The position numbers and the translations under genes are program-made. From Bryobacterales bacterium (GTDB lineage Bacteria > Acidobacteriota > Terriglobia > Bryobacterales > Bryobacteraceae), in assembly GCA_963779075.1 (NCBI GenBank), contig CAVZWS010000007.1:28419-92418 (forward strand): DNA of 64,000 bases, written 5' to 3'. The stretch's first letter is position 1; each line of letters starts with the position of its first letter. Under the pieces are notes generated by a model that was given only the letters and a program-made list of their open reading frames with translations, was not told where the DNA came from and ran no database searches. Of this stretch, positions 44,026 through 54,381 are shown in pieces.

Positions 44026-44632
44026 TTAGCGGACTCCCGCCCCGGTATTCAGGGCATAGATACGAGTTACTTGTTTGTTGAGAAAATCCGCGGCGTCCGA
44101 GTAACGACGCTCACTCGCGGACAAAAGTTGAGCAGTGCGCTGATCGTCGCGCTTTTCAGTTTCGGCGACGGCTTTCGTAACGGCGGTGTTGACGGCCATC
44201 GCCATCTCGCCCTGCAGGCGCGCGGTGACTTCAGCGGTGACACGAGCTTCGACAGCTCTGGTATCCACTTGCGCTACCGCTTGAGAAGGGGCACTCGCCG
44301 GCGTACTTACTGGCCGCACGAACGCATGCACCAAAATCGCCGCCGCGATCAACGCCCGCCGCCGCGAACGACGGCCGCAGGAAAGCCTGCGAGAACTTTT
44401 CATACCAGCGCGGCTCGAAAACCTTATCGGATACGAACGCGATCCGGCGCGGCAATTCTTCCTCGCGCAGCGTCGCCATTGCGTCCAGCGTCACGCGCAG
44501 TCCGGCCAGTTCGTCCTGGCAATCGGCGCACGCAGCGACGTGGCTCTCGGCCTCCTGCCGCGCGCGGGCATCCAATTCGCCCAGCGCGTACGACTTCCAA
44601 TCCGGCCTGCGATCTTCCAATTTGCAACTCAT
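44026..44632 (-). pseudogene. zinc-finger (zf-HC2) anti-sigma factor, one frameshift
   Basis: HxxxCxxC motif in ESHVAACADCQDEL. The frame changes near 44390 into a TM segment (ALIAAAILVHAF) and a periplasmic coiled-coil tail (ORF 44026..44403). Confidence 0.7.
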
Positions 44633-44660
44633 AACTCGAAACCTCCGCCTCTGGGCCGAT

Positions 44661-45212
44661 TTAAGCCAGCCCGCCTTTACGAAATACCGCCGGAGCCAGC
44701 GTTGCCTTGAGCAGGTCGAGCGCGGTATACAAGCGCGACTTCACGGTAGAGACCGGGATTTCCAAGATCTCCGCCATTTCGTCGAACTTGAACCCCTGAT
44801 ACACCTTCAACAAGACCGCTTCGCGTTGATCTTCACTCAGCACCTTGAGCGCGCTCTCGACCGCCAGTGACAGCTCGATCGGCAGCAGCCGCCCGCCGAA
44901 ATCCCGCGGACGCGGCTCGGAGAGTTCGCTCTCCGGCTTGCGCCGCCGCAGCAACGAAAACGCTTCGTTGTGCGCGATCCGGAACAGCCACGCCGAAAAG
45001 CGCGCCGGATCGTCGAGTTTCCGCAGGTTCTGATACGCTTTCAAAAAAGTTTCCTGGCTGATATCGAGGGCGTCCTCGCGATTCGACACCAACCGCAGCA
45101 GATAGTTGAAGATGCGCTTCTCCCATCGGGACACGAGGAGGTTATACGCCTCGACGTCTCCCTGCCGCGCTTTGGCGATCAGGTCGCGATCTTCGACCTC
45201 GCGAAAGATCAA
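44661..45212 (-). CDS. ECF-type RNA polymerase sigma-70 family factor
   Basis: 183 aa. Region 2 is DALDISQETFLKAYQNL...WLFRIAHNEAFS. Region 4 is QREAVLLKVYQGFKFDEMAEILEIPVSTVKSRLYTAL. Confidence 0.9.
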   Translation of the reverse strand: MIFREVEDRDLIAKARQGDVEAYNLLVSRWEKRIFNYLLRLVSNREDALDISQETFLKAYQNLRKLDDPARFSAWLFRIAHNEAFSLLRRRKPESELSEPRPRDFGGRLLPIELSLAVESALKVLSEDQREAVLLKVYQGFKFDEMAEILEIPVSTVKSRLYTALDLLKATLAPAVFRKGGLA

Positions 45213-45355
45213 CGTTTGCTCCGTTCGTAAAGACGCCCCCTATAAGGAAAAAGTCGGACGGGGGCGGGAATCGAGTCTCTTTATTATCGACATAGACGGA
45301 CGCAAATGGTTTAGGGGAGCATAGGCGCGCTCGGATACCATTGAAAGTTAAGCAG

Positions 45356-46609
45356 ATGACTTACCCCGACTCCGTCCAGTTCCTGTACGCGCTGGGCAAC
45401 GAGATGAAGACGGCCAAACTGGGGCTGGAGCGCATTCGTGCGGTTCTCGATGCCCTCGGCAACCCGGAAATGGCGTACCGAGTCGTCCACGTGGCCGGGA
45501 CCAATGGCAAAGGTTCCACCTGCGCGATGATCGCGGCGGGGTTGCGGGCGGCGGGAGTTCGCACGGGCCTGTTCACGTCGCCGCACTTGATCGAACCCAC
45601 CGAGCGTATTCAGATCGACGGCATCCCGGTGACTGAGGCGCAGTTCTCGCGGGCGTTCGACGTGGTGCATCAGGCCGCTAGTTCGCTCGATCTCGATGCG
45701 CATCCCAGCTACTTTGAGACCGTATCGGCCATGGGGTTCTGGTTGTTCCGCGAGTTAAATGTGCAGACGGCGGTGATTGAAGTCGGCCTGGGCGGGCGCC
45801 TGGATGCGACTAATGTAGTAGACCCAGTGCTGACCGTAATAACGCCAGTCGACCTGGACCACCTGGTATTCTTGGGCGACACTATCGAGCAAATCGCCGC
45901 CGAGAAGGCCGGAATTTTGAAGCGCGGCGTGCCGGCTGTCTTCGCGCGGCAACGCCCAGAAGCGGAGGCGGTGCTCAATGCGAGGGCCGCAGAGCTCGGC
46001 ATCGGTGTGCGCCGTGCGGCCGAATTCGAGATTCGCGATCTGGAGATCGATGCGCGCCGCAGCCGCTTCTCGGGACTCGAGGTTCCGCTCGCCGGAGAAC
46101 ATCAGGTGGAAAACGCGGTCACGGCGGCGCTGGCGCTGGAGGAGTTGGGTGTATCGCCTGCTGGAATCGCCGAAACTCGCTGGCCGGGACGTCTGGAGCA
46201 CATCTCGCCCAACCCCGATATCGTGCTCGACGGGGCGCACAACCCGGCCGGTGCGCGAGCCCTGGCGCACTACTTAGATACGTATTACGCCGGCCGCAAG
46301 CGCTGGATGATTTTCGGCGCGATGCGCGATAAAGCCGTGGCCGAGATGGCCGGAATCCTGTTCCCGCTGGCCGACGAACTGATCCTGACGGCCGCCGATT
46401 CCCCGCGCTCCTTGGCGCCCGAGGAACTCGCGGCGCTGGCCGGACGCGGGCGTGCGATCGCGAATATAGGCGCGGCACTGCAACTGGTGGCGGGTGAAGC
46501 GGCAGCGGACGACGCCATCATCATTACCGGCTCGTTGTTCCTGGTGGGCGAAGCACGCGCCGCCTCTTACAATAGAAACTCATGGCCTTTCTCTGGAGCC
46601 TGGTCGTAA
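45356..46609 (+). CDS. folC: folylpolyglutamate synthase / dihydrofolate synthase
   Basis: Mur-ligase P-loop VAGTNGKGSTCAM. 417 aa from ATG 45356. Confidence 0.85.
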   Translation: MTYPDSVQFLYALGNEMKTAKLGLERIRAVLDALGNPEMAYRVVHVAGTNGKGSTCAMIAAGLRAAGVRTGLFTSPHLIEPTERIQIDGIPVTEAQFSRAFDVVHQAASSLDLDAHPSYFETVSAMGFWLFRELNVQTAVIEVGLGGRLDATNVVDPVLTVITPVDLDHLVFLGDTIEQIAAEKAGILKRGVPAVFARQRPEAEAVLNARAAELGIGVRRAAEFEIRDLEIDARRSRFSGLEVPLAGEHQVENAVTAALALEELGVSPAGIAETRWPGRLEHISPNPDIVLDGAHNPAGARALAHYLDTYYAGRKRWMIFGAMRDKAVAEMAGILFPLADELILTAADSPRSLAPEELAALAGRGRAIANIGAALQLVAGEAAADDAIIITGSLFLVGEARAASYNRNSWPFSGAWS

Positions 46610-47343
46610 TCGACCCGCTGTTCATTCTGTCCACTTTTCTGTGCGGCTGTGTCAGCATCCCGCTCGCGCTGATCGATAAAACCGGCGATTCGTCGATGCG
46701 GGTCGGGCGCGTGTGGGCGCGCTCTCTGCTATGGATCGCCGGCGTGCGGGTAACCATCGAAGGCCTGGAAAAAATTGACCTTAATCGAAACTACCTCTTC
46801 TGCTCGAATCACCTGAGTTACATGGATACTCCTGTAGTGCTGGCCAATATCCCGGCGCAGTTCCGCTTTCTGGCGAAGAAGGGCTTGTTCCAGATCCCGT
46901 TTCTGGGCACCCATCTAAGCCAGGCCGGACATATCCCGGTGCCGCTCGAAAATCCCCGGGAAGCCGTCAAGACCATGACCACAGCTGCTGCCGTCATGGA
47001 ACAGCGCTCGATTTCGATGCTGATCTTCCCCGAAGGCGGCCGGTCGGAGGACGGCCTGCTCCAGCCTTTCAAAGAGGGCGGGGCGTTCATCGCCATCAAG
47101 GCAGGCGTCCCGCTGCTTCCGATTGCATTGATCGGCACGCGCGAGGTGATGGCGATGGGTTCCTCGGTGATCCACTCTTTCCGCCGGGTGACGCTACGGA
47201 TCGGCGACCCCATTCCGACTGAAGGGCTCGCTCTGCGGGACCGTGGGCAACTCACGGAAGCCGTCCGGGAGCAGATCGTCGCGATGCTGGCTAAGCCGTC
47301 TGAGACTTCCCGGAGGCCGGGGCTTCAGCGAGCGCAGGCTTGA
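46582..47343 (+). CDS. plsC: 1-acyl-sn-glycerol-3-phosphate acyltransferase
   Basis: HX4D motif [13 protein letters not shown], plus FPEGGRS. N-terminal TM helix. Confidence 0.8.
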   Translation: MAFLWSLVVIDPLFILSTFLCGCVSIPLALIDKTGDSSMRVGRVWARSLLWIAGVRVTIEGLEKIDLNRNYLFCSNHLSYMDTPVVLANIPAQFRFLAKKGLFQIPFLGTHLSQAGHIPVPLENPREAVKTMTTAAAVMEQRSISMLIFPEGGRSEDGLLQPFKEGGAFIAIKAGVPLLPIALIGTREVMAMGSSVIHSFRRVTLRIGDPIPTEGLALRDRGQLTEAVREQIVAMLAKPSETSRRPGLQRAQA

Positions 47344-48361
47344 CGGGCAGCGCTTCCATCAGCCCCAGCTTCTGCCGCACGGCAGTGTCCAGTTTGTCGC
47401 GAATATCGGTATGCTCCTTCAAAAACAGCCTTGCGTTGTCACGGCCCTGCCCCAGCCGCTCGCCGGCGTAGCTGAACCAGGACCCCGATTTCTCCACGAC
47501 TTCGTGCGTGGCGGCCAGATCCAGCAGATCACCTTCCCGCGAGATTCCCTGGCCGTATAGGATGTCGACCTCCACTTCGCGGAAGGGCGCCGCGACTTTG
47601 TTCTTCACCACCTTGATCTTGGTGCGGTTGCCCATGATCTGATCGCCGTCCTTGATCGCGCCGATGCGCCGCACCTCGATGCGAACGGATGAATAAAACT
47701 TGAGGGCGCGTCCGCCGGTAGTGGTCTCCGGGTTGCCGAACACCACGCCGATCTTTTCGCGTACCTGGTTGATGAAGATGAGGCACGCGTTGGCCTTCGA
47801 CACCGCCGCAGTGAGCTTTCGCATGGCTTGCGACATCAACCGCGCGTGTAGGCCCATAAAACTATCGCCCATTTCGCCTTCCAGTTCGGCTTTGGGCACC
47901 AGCGCGGCGACCGAATCCACCACCACCACATCAATCACGTTGGACGAGATCAGCGAATTGGTGATCTCCAGTGCCTGCTCGCCGTAGTCGGGCTGCGAAA
48001 CCAGCAGGTTGTCGACGTCGACGCCCAACGCACGGGCGTAGGTGGGGTCGAGCGCATGCTCGGCATCGATGAAGGCTGCCGTCCCTCCGGCCGCCTGCGC
48101 CTGGGCGATCACTTGCAAGGCGAGCGTGGTCTTGCCGGACGATTCCGGTCCAAACACTTCCATTACGCGCCCGCGCGGGAAGCCGCCCACGCCCAGCGCG
48201 GCATCCAGAGAAATGGAGCCGGTGGGAATGACACTCACCTGCTGCACGCTGCGCGAGCCCAATTGCAGTACAGCTCCCTTGCCAAACTGCTTTTCCATTT
48301 GCAGCAGCGTCTGCATGATCAAACGGGCACGTTCCGTGGTTGGCGCAGCGGGGGTTTGCAC
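47291..48361 (-). CDS. recA: recombinase RecA
   Basis: EKQFGKGAV, Walker [13 protein letters not shown], and L2 region text. 356 aa. Confidence 0.95.
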   Translation of the reverse strand: MQTPAAPTTERARLIMQTLLQMEKQFGKGAVLQLGSRSVQQVSVIPTGSISLDAALGVGGFPRGRVMEVFGPESSGKTTLALQVIAQAQAAGGTAAFIDAEHALDPTYARALGVDVDNLLVSQPDYGEQALEITNSLISSNVIDVVVVDSVAALVPKAELEGEMGDSFMGLHARLMSQAMRKLTAAVSKANACLIFINQVREKIGVVFGNPETTTGGRALKFYSSVRIEVRRIGAIKDGDQIMGNRTKIKVVKNKVAAPFREVEVDILYGQGISREGDLLDLAATHEVVEKSGSWFSYAGERLGQGRDNARLFLKEHTDIRDKLDTAVRQKLGLMEALPVKPALAEAPASGKSQTA

Positions 48362-48439
48362 AGGCTTCCTCGCCTATTGGTGCGCCCAGGTGGAGAAAGT
48401 TCTCACGCCCCAGAGTAGAATGTGTGGAGGAGATTACAG

Positions 48440-49099
48440 ATGTCTTTACGCATTAACGACGAAGCGCCGAATTTTACGGCCGAGACAACCCAAGGCACCA
48501 TTAACTTCCACGAGTGGATCGGCGACGGCTGGGCCGTCCTGTTTTCACATCCGAAAGACTTTACGCCGGTATGCACCACCGAACTGGGCTATATGGCGCG
48601 CATGAAACCCGAGTTCGACAAACGCAATACCAAGATCATCGGGCTTAGCGTGGACCCGGTGGCCAGCCACCTGAAGTGGGAAGGGGATATCGAGGAGACC
48701 CAGGGTTCGAAGGTGACATACCCGATGATCGGCGACCCGGAGCTGAAAATCGCCAAGCTGTACGACATGCTGCCCGCAGACGCCGGAACCACTTCGGAAG
48801 GCCGCACCGCCGCCAACAACGCCACCGTGCGCACGGTGTTCGTCATAGGGCCCGACAAGAAGATCAAGCTGATGCTGATTTATCCGATGAATACCGGACG
48901 AAACTTCGACGAAGTCCTACGCGTGCTGGACTCGATCCAACTCACGGCTAAGCACACTCTCGCCACCCCCGTGAACTGGAAGAAGGGCGAGGACGTGATC
49001 ATTCCGCCTTCCGTAACGGATGAGGTCGCCAAGCAGAAATATCCCGGCGGCTGGAAGACCCTCAAGCCGTATCTGCGGATCGTGCCGCAACCGAAGTAG
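48440..49099 (+). CDS. 1-Cys peroxiredoxin (Prx6 type)
   Basis: GGAGGA RBS before ATG 48440. Active site HPKDFTPVCTTELG. Confidence 0.9.
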   Translation: MSLRINDEAPNFTAETTQGTINFHEWIGDGWAVLFSHPKDFTPVCTTELGYMARMKPEFDKRNTKIIGLSVDPVASHLKWEGDIEETQGSKVTYPMIGDPELKIAKLYDMLPADAGTTSEGRTAANNATVRTVFVIGPDKKIKLMLIYPMNTGRNFDEVLRVLDSIQLTAKHTLATPVNWKKGEDVIIPPSVTDEVAKQKYPGGWKTLKPYLRIVPQPK

Positions 49100-49141
49100 C
49101 GGCTTGAAAATAGCGTCCGAAACGCGGCAGCGGAGCGGGTG

Positions 49142-49165
49142 CCTGAAATGCCGAGGGATTTCAGG
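49142..49165. terminator. possible hairpin between convergent genes
   Basis: CCTGAAAT-gccgaggg-ATTTCAGG overlaps the stop of the minus-strand gene. There is no U-tract. Confidence 0.25.
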
Positions 49166-49826
49166 AGTGCAGATAGAACAGACTGAGGCGCGGCAAGCCC
49201 CTGTCTTCCAATAATTTTCTCTCTAGAAATTGCTTCTCGAGCATGGAGAGTTGCTCGGCGCTCATCTTGCCGCGATAAGGCTTGAGTTCACGGTCCAGCG
49301 TCCGACGGGCCTCAAACAGGGCTTCTTCGGGGGCGTCCGAGCGCAGCCGCGCAATCATTTTCTCTTCGATGGCGGTGAGCCTCTGTTCCAGTTGCTCCAG
49401 ATCACCGTAGAGCGCATCGAGGGGAACTGCTTCGAGCGAGACGGCCAGTTCTTCGAGACCTGCACTGCGCAACGTCGCCGCGTTGCGCGCAACGAAAGCC
49501 CGCACGTCTTCGAGCGAAAACGGCGCGGCGGCGGCGCTGGATTTTGACGGCCTTCCATCCACCATGGCCTGCACTTCAGCAGCGATGGCCTGGGCGCAAT
49601 AAGCCAGCGAATTCACCATCTGGATGCGCACGCGGTGGGGCCGCGAGCGCCACTTGTCGAAGGCTTGATCGATACCGCGCAGCACCGCTTCGAGCGGAAT
49701 GCCGGCGTTTTTCCAGGCCTCGATCAGCGCCCAATCCAGCGGCGAGAGCAGAAACAGCCCGGTCCCGCGGGCGCGCTGAAAATGGTCTTCGATTTCGGTG
49801 AAGTAGTTGAAGTAGTTTTCGGTCAA
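49161..49826 (-). CDS. conserved-looking hypothetical protein
   Basis: Intact 221-aa ORF (MTENYFNYFTEIEDHFQRARGTGLFLLSPLDWALIEAWKNAGIPLEAVL...). Helical, with no family recognised. It lies downstream of coaX. Confidence 0.55.
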   Translation of the reverse strand: MTENYFNYFTEIEDHFQRARGTGLFLLSPLDWALIEAWKNAGIPLEAVLRGIDQAFDKWRSRPHRVRIQMVNSLAYCAQAIAAEVQAMVDGRPSKSSAAAAPFSLEDVRAFVARNAATLRSAGLEELAVSLEAVPLDALYGDLEQLEQRLTAIEEKMIARLRSDAPEEALFEARRTLDRELKPYRGKMSAEQLSMLEKQFLERKLLEDRGLPRLSLFYLHS

Positions 49827-49835
49827 CGCTTTCTG

Positions 49836-50606
49836 TTATCGCCTTTGGTTACGTTCCCAGATGAGGCGCAGCCCTTCGAGCGTGAGGTCTTCGTCGTAGA
49901 CCTTCACCAGCCGCGAGCCGTCGGCGATCAACTGCCCCTGCCCGCCGGTGGCGATGGCTTTGGTGCCGGGTCCGAGCTGAGCCGCGATGCGTTCGACGAT
50001 GCCGTCGATGAGGCCGATGAATCCGTAATACAGGCCGGATTGGATGCTACCGACGGTATTGCTGCCGACCAGTTTTTCGGGCGCGCGGAAATCCACCATG
50101 GGCAGGCGCGCGGTGCGGGCAAACAGGCCGTTGATCGACATGCCGATGCCGGGAGCAATCAAGCCACCGAGGAATTCGGCGTCTTTCGACACCACGTCGA
50201 AGTTGATGGTGGTGCCCAGATCGACGATCACGCACGGTCCGCCGTACTTATGGAACCCCGCGACGGCGTTGACCACGCGGTCCGCGCCAACTTCGCGAGG
50301 ATTGTCGTAAAGGACCTTGATGCCGGTATCGGTGGCGGGCGTGACGAACATGGGCTGGCGCTGGAAGTAGCGCTCGGCCATGGCGGTGAGCGGCTGGTCA
50401 ACAGCCGGCACTACGCTTGAAATCACCACGCCGTGGACCTGGCTCAAGTCCAACGATGAAAGCGAGAACAAGTTGCGCATCAGGATGCCCCACTCGTCGG
50501 GGGTCTGATCGCGAATGGTTCGCAGGCGCCAGCGGCCGCTGAGCTTGCCGGCCAGGAACGCGCCGATGGTGATGTTGGTGTTGCCCGCGTCGAGTGCTAG
50601 CAGCAT
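49836..50606 (-). CDS. coaX: type III pantothenate kinase
   Basis: MLLALDAGNTNITIG phosphate-1 motif. 256 aa, adjacent to birA. Confidence 0.9.
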   Translation of the reverse strand: MLLALDAGNTNITIGAFLAGKLSGRWRLRTIRDQTPDEWGILMRNLFSLSSLDLSQVHGVVISSVVPAVDQPLTAMAERYFQRQPMFVTPATDTGIKVLYDNPREVGADRVVNAVAGFHKYGGPCVIVDLGTTINFDVVSKDAEFLGGLIAPGIGMSINGLFARTARLPMVDFRAPEKLVGSNTVGSIQSGLYYGFIGLIDGIVERIAAQLGPGTKAIATGGQGQLIADGSRLVKVYDEDLTLEGLRLIWERNQRR

Positions 50607-50623
50607 CGCATTGTCAGGTCAGA

Positions 50624-51355
50624 TCAGATCGGCCGCACGCCGCCGGCCAGGATTTTCGTCACCGATCCATTATCCTGCCGGAGGAGCAGGAAACCGCAAG
50701 GGTCGAGTCCACGGGTGACGCCTTCGAGGATCGCGCCATCCTGGTCAACCCGAACTCGGCGGCCGTGCGCGTAGCTAGAAGCGAGTCCGAATGCTTTACA
50801 AATCGCTTCCGGCCCGCGCTGCGTCAGCACGCTGCAAGAGGCGTCAACCGCATCCGCCAAAGGGCCAAGCACCTCCTCGCGCGATACCGACGCACCGGCC
50901 ATGAGTAGCGAAGTCGCGAGCGGCGCGATCTCCGGCGGAAAGCTGGCATGCCCCACGTTGATGCCGATCCCGGCGATCACGGCGTCGCACTCCATCTGCG
51001 CCAGGATGCCGGCGCACTTTTTTTCGCCCAGCAGGACGTCGTTGGGCCAGCGCAGGTCGGGCGCGAGCCCGGTCACATCGGCGATGGCGTTGCGCGTTGC
51101 GAGTCCAAGAGCCAGCATCACCAGCGGGAGCGAATCGGGGCCGAGCGCGAGCCGCAACACGATGGAGACATACAAACCGACGTCCGGCTCGGAGTGCCAG
51201 GAGTGGCCCAAGCGCCCGATGCCGGCGGTCTGTTCATCGGCTCCGACCACGGTGCCGGATGCGCAACCTTCACGCGCCAGCCGCGCAGCCACCGTCATGG
51301 TGGAATCGAGAGAAGGGAACCACTCGACGCGGCGGCCAGGAAGATCGATCTTCAT
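50624..51355 (-). CDS. birA: biotin-[acetyl-CoA-carboxylase] ligase (group I, no DNA-binding domain)
   Basis: GIGRLGHSWHS (GRGRxGRxW-type motif). 243 aa. The start overlaps the valS stop. Confidence 0.8.
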   Translation of the reverse strand: MKIDLPGRRVEWFPSLDSTMTVAARLAREGCASGTVVGADEQTAGIGRLGHSWHSEPDVGLYVSIVLRLALGPDSLPLVMLALGLATRNAIADVTGLAPDLRWPNDVLLGEKKCAGILAQMECDAVIAGIGINVGHASFPPEIAPLATSLLMAGASVSREEVLGPLADAVDASCSVLTQRGPEAICKAFGLASSYAHGRRVRVDQDGAILEGVTRGLDPCGFLLLRQDNGSVTKILAGGVRPI

Positions 51356-53893
51356 TCGCTCAATGCAGCCTGGTTCTTGGCGAACTGCGCTTGGTATTCG
51401 GCCAGCTTGGCCCGCATTCCGTCGATCACATGCGAAGGCGCCTTCGAGACAAAACTTTCGTTTCCGAGTTGGCGTAGCGAATTGGCTATCACCTTTTCCA
51501 ATTGCTCGTTGTCCTTCTTCAAGCGATCCTTCTGTTCGTCTGACGAACCCGCGGCTTCGGGCAAGTCGAGTTTGAGATCGAAACCCGAACCTTCGCCTGG
51601 CCGGACTTCCAGACTGACATTCGTAAGACGTTCGATGGTCGCCATTGGCACCGAGCCGACCAGAGAAAGCGTGCCCGAAAGTTTCACCTTGCGATCGATC
51701 TTGTGATCCGCGCGCAATTCGCGGATGGACGTAACGACATCTTGCAGCAGCTTCATTTCGCGCTCGGCGTCGGCATCATTTAACGCAGGCTCGTACTGCG
51801 GATAAGGCTCCAGCGCAATCGAAGTCTCATGGCCGCGGCGGTGCCACAGCTCCTCGGTGATGAAGGGCATCAGAGGATGCAACAGCAGCATCGCCTTCTC
51901 ATGGACCTGGTACGCGAACCCCCAATCAGTGTCAGACTTCTTCAGTTCGAGATACCAGTCGCAGAACTCATCCCAGAAGAAAGTCCACACGGCATCTGCA
52001 GCTTCGTGATAGCGATGATGCTCAAAGGCCTTATTCGCTCTATCGATTGCGGTATTGAGCCGGCTCCCGATCCAGCGATCCGCGAGAGACGTGCGCAAGC
52101 CGGCGCCTTGACCTTTGCTGAACAGCAGCCCGGAGGCGTTCCAGATCTTGTTGGCGAACTTGCGTCCGCGCAGGATCACTTCTTCGCTCAGCGCGATGTC
52201 GTTGCCGGGCGCGGCGGCGACTAACAGTCCGAAGCGGACGGCATCGGTCCCATACTTGTCGTTGACCACCAGAGGATCGATCACATTGCCCTTGGTCTTC
52301 GACATCTTCTGGCGCTCGGCGTCGCGCACCAGTCCGTGGATGTGGACCTGGCGGAACGGCACGTCGCCCATCATTTCCATGCCCAGCATGATCATGCGCG
52401 CGGCCCAGAAGAAGATGATGTCGAAGCCGGTGACCAGCAGGGTCGTCGGATAAAACGCGCGCAGGTCGCGCGGTATCGTCCGGCCAGCCCAGCGTCGAGA
52501 AGGGCCACAGGCCGGAGCTGAACCAGGTGTCGAGCACGTCGGTTTCCTGCTTGAGTTTCGCCGAGCCGCAGTGCGAACATTTGGTTGGCGTCTCGCGAGC
52601 CACGGTGACGCCTTTACAATCGCCGCAATACCACGCGGGAATGCGATGGCCCCACCATAGCTGGCGCGAAATGCACCAGTCGCGGATGTTGTACATCCAC
52701 TCGAAATAGGTCTTCGACCAGTTGGCGGGAACGAAAGTGATGCGGCCGTCCTCAACCGCGGCGATGGCGGGCGCGGCTAGCGGTTTCATCTTCATCCACC
52801 ATTGCTTCGAGACCAGCGGTTCCACTACCGTCTTGCAGCGATGGCACTTGCCGACATTCAGCTTGTAGGGTTCGGTCTTTACTAGGTACCCCAGTTCCTG
52901 CAGTTCCGCGACAATACGCTTGCGGGCTTCGTAGCGATCCAGGCCAGCGAATTTCCCCGCCGCCGCGGTCATCTTGGCGTCTTCGCCGATGACTTGGATG
53001 CTCCGCAGATCGTGGCGCTTGCCGGCTTCAAAGTCATTGGGATCGTGCGCGGGTGTGATTTTCACGGCGCCGGAGCCGAATGCGAGATCGGCCATATCGT
53101 CGAGCACGATGGGAATCTCACGATCCGTCAGCGGCAGCTTCACATTGCGCGGATGCAGGCGCGCGGCGCGCGGATCCAGCGGATTGATGGCGACGCCAGT
53201 GTCGCCCAGCATGGTTTCGGGACGCGTGGTGGCGACGATGATGTCTTCGTCGAGACCCACCACCGGGTAGCGGATGTGCCACAAGCTGCCCTCGGACTCT
53301 TCGTGCTCCACTTCGAGATCCGAGAGCGCGGTCTGGCAGCGCGGGCACCAGTTGACGATGTAATCGCCTTGGTAGATGAGTCCTTTTTCGTAGAGGCGCA
53401 CGAAGGCTTCGCGCACGGCGCGCGAGAGGCCAGGATCGAGCGTGAAGCGTTCGCGCGACCAGTCGCAACTGACGCCGGCGCGCTTCATCTGCTCGACGAT
53501 GCGTCCGCCATTTTCCTCTTTCCACTTCCACACGCGGGCCTCGAAAGCATCACGGCCGAGGTCGCGCTTGGTCAGGCCTTCTGCGGCGAGCTGCCGCTCG
53601 ACCATGATCTGCGTGGCGATTCCTGCATGATCGGTGCCGGGCAACCACAGGGTGTTGACGGGCTTTCCATCGGGCGTTCGCTTCATGCGGCGCCAGCGGA
53701 CCTGGGCGTCGATAATGGAATGCTCGAACATGTGCCCCATGTGCAGAGAGCCGGTGACGTTCGGCGGCGGAATCGCGAGCGAAAAATAGGGTTCGCCGGG
53801 ATGCGCCTCGGCGCGATAGGTGTTGTGCTCCACCCACCACTCGGCCCAGTGCGGTTCGAACCGCTGGGGCTCGTAGACTTTATCGATTTCCAT
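51352..53893 (-). pseudogene. valS: valine-tRNA ligase, one frameshift
   Basis: HIGH-type PPPNVTGSLHMGH and KMSKTKGN (KMSKS). ...DTWFSSGLWPFSTLGWPDDT (ORF 52040..53893) joins DLRAFYPTTLLVTGFDIIFFW (ORF 51352..52755) if one base is removed near 52470. C-terminal coiled coil. Confidence 0.9.
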
Positions 53894-54003
53894 GGGGAAA
53901 TTCGATTTTAGCAGGGTGCCGCATTCCGCAATACCCGCGTCGCCTCAGTGTGCTGTATTGTAGCTGGAAGGTTGGTATTTGGAACTGGGACGCGCGCCAG
54001 TAG

Positions 54004-54381
54004 ATGTCCAATGAATTGTTCGCTCTTCTGATCCTGTTGGCGTTCGCATTGAGTCTGGGAGGCCCTAGAATCTGGCGATATTGGGAAAGGCGATCGTCGA
54101 GCAGATGGCCGACCGTTCCGGCGTTCTTCGTTGAAGGCAAAATAGGCTGGCGAGAGTCTGGAAATCAGAGCCCCCGTTATCCCCAGGTTGAGATGTCATT
54201 TTCTTACGAAGTCAACGGGAACCGGTTCGGGGGCTACTACGAGGAAGTCTTTTTGAAATTGGAAGAGGCCCAAGACATCCTCGAGAGCCTTAAAACTGGG
54301 CCCTTGTTTGTGCGCTTTGATCCTCGCAACCCGGTCAAATACTTTATGGATCCGTACAGAGATGTTGCGCCTAGACAATAG
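54004..54381 (+). CDS. DUF3592-like small membrane protein (copy 1)
   Basis: One TM helix (LFALLILLAFALSLGG). It is followed by RWPTVPAFFVEGKIG...YPQVEMSFSYEVNGNRFGGYYEE...GPLFVRFDPRNPVKYFMDPY. Confidence 0.55.
   Translation: MSNELFALLILLAFALSLGGPRIWRYWERRSSSRWPTVPAFFVEGKIGWRESGNQSPRYPQVEMSFSYEVNGNRFGGYYEEVFLKLEEAQDILESLKTGPLFVRFDPRNPVKYFMDPYRDVAPRQ

Noticed and set aside
45234-45266. CGCCCCC...GGGGGCG inverted repeat upstream of the ECF sigma gene as an operator or ECF promoter element
   Set aside because: The stem is only 7 bp with a 19-nt spacer in a GC-rich background. I could not identify a convincing GGAAC-N16-CGT-type ECF promoter, so it is too weak to call.
52994-53911. 305-aa ORF on the plus strand
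   Set aside because: It is antisense to valS and has shadow-ORF composition.
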